This document shows, piece after piece, positions 57,378 through 64,000 of a DNA stretch of 64,000 nt. Within the stretch, counting starts at the first letter, position 1; the number at the start of each line of letters is the position of its first letter. The notes under the pieces are model-generated. The model saw nothing but the letters and a program-made list of their open reading frames with translations. It was not told where the DNA came from and searched no databases. The DNA is from a virus (lineage: Duplodnaviria; Caudoviricetes): positions 2,256 to 66,255 of the IMG/VR virus record IMGVR_UViG_2772190746_000001. One strand, written 5' to 3'. The translations under genes were made by a program, and so were the position numbers.

Positions 57378-57689
57378 ATGCTAACTTACGCCGAAGCGCA
57401 GTTCTGCGGTATTCATAAAGCACCGTATTCAGCGTTTACGCATGGGCACGACTTCTGGGTGCGCGTCACTTGGAAGGATGCCGGTGATTTCCGGCTATGG
57501 CGCGATACTCTTGATGATGAGATCGCTGGCTTGGACCACGCGGATTTGAACGAACTCCTCGGCGACAAAGCAACGAACGAAGGTGTTGCCGCGTACCTCG
57601 GGGCCATTCTCGGAGCGGTTACGGTTGAGGTTTGGCGTTTCGACCGCGGTCGCCGTTTTGGCGCGATCTGGCAGAGAGACGGTCAGTGA
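57378..57689 (+). CDS. QueD/PTPS-like T-fold protein
   Basis: H..HGH.F.VRV, DF, LDH..LNE, TNE..A. Confidence 0.7.
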   Translation: MLTYAEAQFCGIHKAPYSAFTHGHDFWVRVTWKDAGDFRLWRDTLDDEIAGLDHADLNELLGDKATNEGVAAYLGAILGAVTVEVWRFDRGRRFGAIWQRDGQ

Positions 57690-57940
57690 ACATTTACGTC
57701 CACCGTTTCACTTCGAAATGCCCAAGCAATGGCGCGCTGATTTCTTACAAGCTGGAAATTCGATCAAACGACGTGATCATGGTCGAAGAAATCATCACGG
57801 CCTGTGCTGTCGAAAGCACATATCACGAGTCCCTGGCAGATATTCTTTATGCGCGCTTCGGCGGGCAACAGTCGATGATCGCATTCCACCACGGCGTCTG
57901 CATTCAGACCTTTCGTCCGAGCCACACCGATTTCCAATGA
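57686..57940 (+). CDS. QueF/QueF-L-like small T-fold protein
   Basis: FTSKCP, MVE, YHE, HHGVCI align to QueF FTSLCP, MVE, FHE, RGGISI. Confidence 0.6.
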   Translation: MNIYVHRFTSKCPSNGALISYKLEIRSNDVIMVEEIITACAVESTYHESLADILYARFGGQQSMIAFHHGVCIQTFRPSHTDFQ

Positions 57941-58671
57941 TCCATTTCCACGGCGGCCCGATCACCCCTGACCCGTGCGCAATCAAAGCATGGAAGGGCC
58001 GGCATGCCTTCATCAGTTACGCGCACTCGAGTCAGATCGGGCTCGCCGCCGAGATCTGTCAAACGTTTGCGCTCGACAATGGGGCGTTTTCATTTTGGAA
58101 AGCTAAAAAGGCTGTCGACTGGCCCGGCTATTATCGCTGGGTCTCGAACTGGCGACGCCATCCAGGATTCGATTTCGCGGTTGTCCCGGACGTTATCGAA
58201 GGCAGCGAGGCGGATAATGATCTGCTCGCCAACGAGTGGCCTTTCGAGCGTCACGAAGCCGCTGTCGTATGGCACATCAACGAATCCGTCGATCGGCTTA
58301 TTCGTCTCGCCAACGAGTGGCCGAGAGTCGCGATTGGTTCTAGCGGCGAGTTCGACGTGTCACGTCCTCGCGCGTTTCTTGCCCGCATGAGGGCGGTGCT
58401 GCCGACCATCATAGACGCCGATGGTTACCCAATATGCAAGTTGCATGGCTTGCGAATGCTAAATCCCGCGCTTTTCTCACTGCTGCCGTTGGCGTCAGCT
58501 GACAGCACCAATGTGGCCCGTAATATCGGCATTGATAGCGCGTGGCGCGGCACATATCAGCCGCAAAGTAAGGAAACCCGTGCAGCGGTCCTAGTTGAGC
58601 GGATCGAGGCGATGAATTCGATCGGCGCATTGCCCGATCTAGTCGAAGACTTCGAACGGCTGCTCGGATGA
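57937..58671 (+). CDS. TGT/DpdA-like transglycosylase
   Basis: LDNGAFS, PDVI, VWH, IGSSG, KLHGLR, SADST motifs in TGT-barrel order. Confidence 0.65.
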   Translation: MIHFHGGPITPDPCAIKAWKGRHAFISYAHSSQIGLAAEICQTFALDNGAFSFWKAKKAVDWPGYYRWVSNWRRHPGFDFAVVPDVIEGSEADNDLLANEWPFERHEAAVVWHINESVDRLIRLANEWPRVAIGSSGEFDVSRPRAFLARMRAVLPTIIDADGYPICKLHGLRMLNPALFSLLPLASADSTNVARNIGIDSAWRGTYQPQSKETRAAVLVERIEAMNSIGALPDLVEDFERLLG

Positions 58672-60194
58672 CCTACCTCCCTCCGCGCGACGCATTCTAC
58701 GCCAGCATTGCCGCAGGCACCTGGCCGGATATCAGCCCGTTCACCCCGGTCCCGCTTAACCCGGGATTGTTCGACCCGGGCCTGCACTGGTGGCAGTTCG
58801 ATCTGCTCGAACAGGTCGCCGCGTTGATGCGGGCCGGGTATCGCCGCGTCCTGCTACAATGCCCGACCGGCGGCGGTAAAACCGTCATGGCGTTGAGTGC
58901 GCTGCTGTCCGCCCGGCGGCAGGATCTGCTGGCGATGTTCCTCGTGCATCGCAAGGAGCTGCTGAAGCAGACCGGGCAACGGTTCACCAGTGCGGCGCTC
59001 GACCATAGTTTCGTCGCAGCCGGGTTCCCGTATGACCCGGCTGCCGGGCTGTTGCTCGGCGGCGTCCAGACGCTGGTGAAGCGGCTCGATAGCATGCTGC
59101 CGCCGGTACTGGTCATCGTCGACGAGTGCCACCATGCCGTCTCCAACACCTACGCCGAGATCCTGGAACGCTGGCCCGATGCGTTCATCCTTGGCCTGAC
59201 AGCTACCCCGGAACGCCTCGATGGCAGGGGGCTCAACGAGCACTTCGACGTGATGGTGCTTGGCCCGCCGCCGCGGTGGCTGATCGATAACGGCTACCTG
59301 TCCGACTACGACTATTACGCGCCGGAGATTCCGGACTTCGCGGGGATCGATCCCGACCGCAATCGGGAAGCTGCGGCCAATGTGCTGCGTGAGCCGCGGC
59401 TGATTGGCAGCGTGGTCGACCATTATCTGCAACTGGGTCGCGGCGAGCAGGGCATCGTGTTCGCCCAGAACCGGGCACACAGTCGCGACCTCGAAGCCGC
59501 GTTTCTGGACCGCGGCATCCGGGCGATGCACGTGGACGGCGACACCCCGCAGGACCGCCGGGACTATTTCGACGACGCCTTCCGCGATGGCTACATTCGC
59601 ATCGGTCTCAACGTTGGACTCTTCGGGGAAGGATATGACGTCCCCGGGATCAGTTACCTCGGAATCGACGCGGCCACCAAGTCGCTGGTGAACTTCCTCC
59701 AGTGGTGCGGTCGTGTGTTGCGGTTCGTCCCGGGCAAGCGGGCGGTGATCTGTGATCATGCCGGCAACGCGCTACCGCCGCTGCTCGGCGGCCGGGGGTT
59801 GGGGCTGCCGGACGACGATCGTGACTGGTCGATGCTGGGTAGGGGTGCCGGGAAGCCGGTGACCGAGAAGGACTGGACCACCATCACGCAGTGCATGGAG
59901 TGCTTCAGGATTTACCCATCCGCCGCGCCCTGCTGCCCAGGCTGTGCCGCGAACCGACCCGCGCAGCCGCGCATGACCCGGCAGCAGGAGGGGCAACTGC
60001 GGAAGCTGGAGCGCGAAATGCTGCAGCAACAGTTGATCCAGCGCCGGAAGCAAGAAGAAGCCGAAGTCCGCACCTTCGACGAAATGGTCTCTCTGGCGCT
60101 TGCACGCGGACACAAGAAGCCGGTCGGGTGGGCGCGTATTCAATGCCGTCTTCGTCGCATTCCGATCGTAAGTAAAAAGGGCTACCTCCGATGA
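58668..60194 (+). CDS. superfamily II helicase with C-terminal zinc ribbon
   Basis: PTGGGKT, DECHH, LTATP, EGYD.P, Q..GR.LR. Confidence 0.93.
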   Translation: MTYLPPRDAFYASIAAGTWPDISPFTPVPLNPGLFDPGLHWWQFDLLEQVAALMRAGYRRVLLQCPTGGGKTVMALSALLSARRQDLLAMFLVHRKELLKQTGQRFTSAALDHSFVAAGFPYDPAAGLLLGGVQTLVKRLDSMLPPVLVIVDECHHAVSNTYAEILERWPDAFILGLTATPERLDGRGLNEHFDVMVLGPPPRWLIDNGYLSDYDYYAPEIPDFAGIDPDRNREAAANVLREPRLIGSVVDHYLQLGRGEQGIVFAQNRAHSRDLEAAFLDRGIRAMHVDGDTPQDRRDYFDDAFRDGYIRIGLNVGLFGEGYDVPGISYLGIDAATKSLVNFLQWCGRVLRFVPGKRAVICDHAGNALPPLLGGRGLGLPDDDRDWSMLGRGAGKPVTEKDWTTITQCMECFRIYPSAAPCCPGCAANRPAQPRMTRQQEGQLRKLEREMLQQQLIQRRKQEEAEVRTFDEMVSLALARGHKKPVGWARIQCRLRRIPIVSKKGYLR

Positions 60195-60604
60195 GTGAAT
60201 TCGATGATCTTCTCGGAAAAGGGCGTAGCGAACACGCTATTTTAAATGATGCACTGATCGGCATCACAGCGCTCAAAGACACTTTTGCTTATCGCCAGAA
60301 CACGGGTCAGGCGTGGCAAGGACGATCTGTAGATGTCTCTCCGGGAGAATACATAAAAGTCTTGCCGGGCATGAAAATCCTAGAGGCTGCGCGGCCAATT
60401 GACTTCGGCTTGGAAGGTGCCGGGGATATCGTCGGGCATCGGCGAGGGCGTGCTTTTCAGGTGGAGACGAAGACTTTAACCGGGCGCCAAAGACAAATGC
60501 AAAAGAACTTCGAACGCATTTGGGTTCAGAGAGGTGGAATCTACATTTTGGCCCGCGACCCAGACGAGGCGGTTGAGAAGATAAGAGTGATTAACTCAAA
60601 TTGA
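60191..60604 (+). CDS. VRR-NUC nuclease
   Basis: G.EG.GDI...VETKT..GRQR..QK.F. Confidence 0.85.
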   Translation: MSEFDDLLGKGRSEHAILNDALIGITALKDTFAYRQNTGQAWQGRSVDVSPGEYIKVLPGMKILEAARPIDFGLEGAGDIVGHRRGRAFQVETKTLTGRQRQMQKNFERIWVQRGGIYILARDPDEAVEKIRVINSN

Positions 60605-60605
60605 T

Positions 60606-60662
60606 TCAACCAACGCTTGACATTAGAATGGAGTCGCTCCTATTTATTCAACCGTAAGTTGA
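60606..60662 (+). promoter_or_regulatory. sigma70-like promoter with two palindromic operators
   Basis: TTGACA at 60617-60622 overlapped by TCAAC-N5-CTTGA (60606); TCAAC-N5-GTTGA at 60648. Confidence 0.6.
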
Positions 60663-60684
60663 ACTTCCCCCAACAGGACAACAG

Positions 60685-61374
60685 ATGCTCACCACCCCTG
60701 CCACCTCTCGGAAGCGCCCTCGTGACGTCAGCCTCGGAATGAGGCTCGAGCAGGCTGCAGATCTGCACCCGCACTGCCCGCCCAAGCACCAAGGCCGGCA
60801 GGTATGGGTTGCGGAGCAGATGTCTCGTAAGGGGCATAAGGTTAGCAATGAGACTGTCCGCAAATGGTTCGAAGGTGAAGCCAAGCCGCGCCCTGAAAAG
60901 GGTGCCGTGCTAGCTGAGGTCATGGGCGTCGATCCTGCCTGGCTCCAACTGGGCATCGACACCGGGATGACGACCCGCGACCGCAAGGTTCGCAACGCCA
61001 TGGCGAGCGGCGCGGTCAACATGGTCGCAGGCATCATCCAAATGGATGGTGGGGCGCCGGCGTTTCCCGACACAGCTGATACCCGTGCCGAGCGTGAGCA
61101 CATTGATCTCTACGCAATCATCAAGGGCGCGAACTATGCGCTCCATGTAGCCACCGGTGAGAAGGCGGGCGACCAGGTCGGCTTCTCGGTGCCGAGCGCT
61201 CTTGGTGAAAACGTCATCGTCTTAGTGCTTGTTCGCCACGGGCTGCATTTCTCGCTTTTCGAGGCGACTCCCGATATCATCGAACTCAATAGCGAAATGA
61301 AGGGCGGCAGCTTTGAAGTGCATGCTGACGCGGCCGCACTGCGGCAGATTACTGGGTTCACCGAAAGGCTGTAA
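60685..61374 (+). CDS. XRE/cI-like transcriptional regulator
   Basis: VS.ETVRKWF.GEAKPR...LAE.MGVD.AWL..G HTH. Confidence 0.78.
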   Translation: MLTTPATSRKRPRDVSLGMRLEQAADLHPHCPPKHQGRQVWVAEQMSRKGHKVSNETVRKWFEGEAKPRPEKGAVLAEVMGVDPAWLQLGIDTGMTTRDRKVRNAMASGAVNMVAGIIQMDGGAPAFPDTADTRAEREHIDLYAIIKGANYALHVATGEKAGDQVGFSVPSALGENVIVLVLVRHGLHFSLFEATPDIIELNSEMKGGSFEVHADAAALRQITGFTERL

Positions 61375-61441
61375 CACCGCAACGTTGAGAGATCACGTAT
61401 AAGGTGATACTCCGAAGGCTGTTTGGTCAGCCCTCGGAGCC

Positions 61442-64000
61442 TTGCGCGTGCCCACTGCAGCGGAATTCAAAAACAAGGTCAGCAAGTCTGTCACCAACAT
61501 GGATCGTTGGGACGGGATGGTGAATGGTGGTGCTACCGCTGTTATCCAAACTGATAACGGACCTGTCCCGTCGTGGGCAAAATTTCTCGCTGATTTCGAA
61601 GCTCAAGGCGGTAACATGTCCGCGATTGGAGCCACAGTCAGCACCACCGTGCAACGCGACGCCTTCTGGGCGACCGAAGTGAACCGCACCAAGCTGGTGT
61701 ACGTCAACAACAACAACGGCTCTGCGACAGATCCCGCGAACGGTGTTTATGAATACGTGGACGGTACTCCGAGGTTCGCTCAGGGGTTTTATAATGGCAT
61801 CACAGAAATTGTCCAACCCCTTGTTACGCAAGCCCAAGCTGCGGCTACGACCGCAAGTGCGCAGTCTACCAATCTGTCCAACGCCACCTTCGCCAAATAT
61901 TTCGTATTCCCCGGCTTCGTGCGCTCGGATAATGGCCGCATCGACACGACGACGACCCCTGGCGTCTACGTCAACACGGGCTACCTTGATCTCGACGAGA
62001 TCAACATTGCAGAAATCAACCTGCAAGGTGGCACCGGAGCCTATTCGATTGCCTACTACACCAGCGCCTTCGCGCTGATCTCTGGTGCGGCAGCAGCCAG
62101 CAACGATGCTTACGTCAGTACCATTCCGGCGATCCCATCGAACGCGGCGTGGGTTGCGCTGTCGGCTCGCGCCACACAAGGCTCTCAGCGCCTTGTAGTC
62201 GCGGTGAAGCCCGCGAAGTTCCTCGATGGACAGCCCGACGCGGGGCTTCTGGGCAATGGAAACCTGTTCACCCTTCTGCGTTCGCCGGGGTATTACAACA
62301 ACGCATCCCCGCCCGTTCTGGTGGCCGATCCGAACTGGATCAACTCGGACCCCATCAAGGTAACTCCAGGCTATCAGTTCAGCTACGACGCCTATGCTTC
62401 CACGACCGTTTCCGTCTTTCGCTACACCGATGCGTCGGGGGCGTATGCGGGCAGGGTTCTGGGCACAAATGCCAATGCCCGCAACACGATTAGCGCCATC
62501 GTACCGGGGGCTGCGGCATACACAGGATCGATTTCCGGAACGACGCTCACGGTTACTGCGGTTGCATCGGGCACACTTTCGGTTGGCTCGGTAGTCGGCG
62601 GCGCATCCGCTGGAACCATCATCACGGCGCTGGGCACCGGAACTGGCGGCACCGGCACTTATACCGTCAACAATTCGCAGACGCTGGCTAGCGGCGCACT
62701 GACGCAGCCTGCCGCGCAGTTCGTACAAAAGTCCGCAGGAAACCCCGGCGCACTGGGTGCTGCGGCGACCTCCGCGACTATGCCGAACACGATCAAGTAC
62801 GGTCCTGCGGCATCAACCGGACTGGCCGCTCCGTCTACTTTGGAAATCGCAGTTGGTGATAACCTATCCACCTACATGACCGCGAATGGCTTCGTCACGA
62901 CGGCGGGCACCACACCAAACAGCCAAGTTACTTGGAAGCGCACCGTCGCACCCTTGGCCATGCGCCCCGCGAACCAAGGCAAGCGTTACATCGCGTATAG
63001 CGCTCGCGGCTCAAGCAGCATGAATATTATCACTGCCTTCGACGGCGCCGGAGCCATCGTGGATTCAGTGCCGGGGTCGGGGTCATTTGCGCAGTTCAAT
63101 GGCCTTTTTGAGGTGCCGGATGTCGCAGTGTCGGTCCATCTTTGTCGCGCGACGGACTATCCCGCAACCTTTCGCTATCTGATCGACGTTCCCCCTAGCG
63201 GGACACCCGTTGCGACCCCTGCGCAGGTCGGGGCCACCTATGGTGATAGCCGTTCATCAACCGACTATCCGTTTATCGCAACCATCGGGGCCGAGGTGAC
63301 GGGGTGCGCAATCACTCTTTGTGGCCGATCGGGGCATACCGCCCAGCAACTCGCTAGCGACGCCGATCTTGCGCTCTTGTTCGCCATGAACCCGGTGCCG
63401 CGTTTCATCACCGTCCTGCTCGGTGGTAACGACACCGGGGCGGCGGGCACAATTGGCACCTTCAGTGCGACGAGCCGCAATGCCCTTGCTGGCGAGCCGG
63501 TGCTCAATCCGGCGACCGATCGCATCCCGCTTGCCACGGCTACGCCTGGGAGCGGCTTCCTGCGCATCCAGTATTACGACCTGATCTATCGCAAGATCAT
63601 TGCGCAGTTCAATAACTGGCGCGCGAGGGCAAACCTTACGGGGTCGGAGACTGAAGAAGAGAAGAACGCCAAGATGGACGCGGTGGTGAAGCCGCTCATT
63701 ATTCCACTGGCAGATATCCCCCAGTTGCGCGCGGCTGGAGAGGCAAACTACGCCGATTACAGCGACCCGGCTAGCTGGGCTCGCAAGCGCTATGGCACCA
63801 TGGAGGCGGCGAGCATCAACGGGCTAGACCCCATCGATCTGCCGGGCATCTTCCCGTTCGACATGTCGCTTGAAGTGCCGTGGTCCACTCCCACGGACAA
63901 GACCAACAACCGCGGGACCCGGTACTACGACGCACTTCACCCGAACAGGCAGCAATGGAAAGAGCAATGGTTCGTCATCAAGGCAAGGCGCTTGTCGTGA
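61442..64000 (+). CDS. tailspike/receptor-binding protein with C-terminal SGNH hydrolase
   Basis: N-terminal anchor (VNG..T.NG..PS.AK), [11 protein letters not shown] module, GDS...GRSG...GGND...DALHPN. Confidence 0.8.
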   Translation: MRVPTAAEFKNKVSKSVTNMDRWDGMVNGGATAVIQTDNGPVPSWAKFLADFEAQGGNMSAIGATVSTTVQRDAFWATEVNRTKLVYVNNNNGSATDPANGVYEYVDGTPRFAQGFYNGITEIVQPLVTQAQAAATTASAQSTNLSNATFAKYFVFPGFVRSDNGRIDTTTTPGVYVNTGYLDLDEINIAEINLQGGTGAYSIAYYTSAFALISGAAAASNDAYVSTIPAIPSNAAWVALSARATQGSQRLVVAVKPAKFLDGQPDAGLLGNGNLFTLLRSPGYYNNASPPVLVADPNWINSDPIKVTPGYQFSYDAYASTTVSVFRYTDASGAYAGRVLGTNANARNTISAIVPGAAAYTGSISGTTLTVTAVASGTLSVGSVVGGASAGTIITALGTGTGGTGTYTVNNSQTLASGALTQPAAQFVQKSAGNPGALGAAATSATMPNTIKYGPAASTGLAAPSTLEIAVGDNLSTYMTANGFVTTAGTTPNSQVTWKRTVAPLAMRPANQGKRYIAYSARGSSSMNIITAFDGAGAIVDSVPGSGSFAQFNGLFEVPDVAVSVHLCRATDYPATFRYLIDVPPSGTPVATPAQVGATYGDSRSSTDYPFIATIGAEVTGCAITLCGRSGHTAQQLASDADLALLFAMNPVPRFITVLLGGNDTGAAGTIGTFSATSRNALAGEPVLNPATDRIPLATATPGSGFLRIQYYDLIYRKIIAQFNNWRARANLTGSETEEEKNAKMDAVVKPLIIPLADIPQLRAAGEANYADYSDPASWARKRYGTMEAASINGLDPIDLPGIFPFDMSLEVPWSTPTDKTNNRGTRYYDALHPNRQQWKEQWFVIKARRLS

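Noticed and set aside
1-64000. Integrase, att site, tRNA or rRNA genes
   Set aside because: None recognised by eye; a tRNAscan or recombinase HMM run would be needed to exclude them formally

Overview
A near-complete or complete (probably circularly permuted) tailed dsDNA phage genome of about 64 kb, GC-rich. The host is probably an alphaproteobacterium, likely Sphingomonadales-like (GapR, host-like NrdB). The layout resembles Chi-like/Casjensviridae siphoviruses. It has a lambda-type head module (terminase, gpW, portal, S49 protease, decoration, capsid E) and a tail module with a -1 frameshift chaperone and an M23-containing tape measure (1-23.9 kb). A reverse-strand accessory island with an Acb2 homolog (24-26.9 kb) and a lysis cassette (27.4-29.3 kb) follow. 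A long leftward nucleotide-metabolism/early region spans 31.7-46 kb, then a repeat-rich non-coding segment with a candidate cos site (46.0-46.9 kb). The replication module (46.9-60.6 kb) holds primase-VapE, DUF2800, SSB, family B polymerase, helicase and VRR-NUC, followed by a cI-like regulator and an SGNH tailspike. No integrase, tRNA or CRISPR array was recognised. Highlights: (1) a QueD-like/QueF-like/TGT(DpdA)-like mini-cassette suggesting 7-deazaguanine DNA modification; (2) a short F-x-x-L-L-G motif at the C-termini of many unrelated proteins; (3) a C5 methyltransferase dual-coded in two frames; (4) acb2 flanked by perfect 56-bp direct repeats; (5) a roughly 20-site palindromic operator family; (6) NADAR and J-domain genes. 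All family assignments come from motif recognition by eye and need HMM or structure confirmation.
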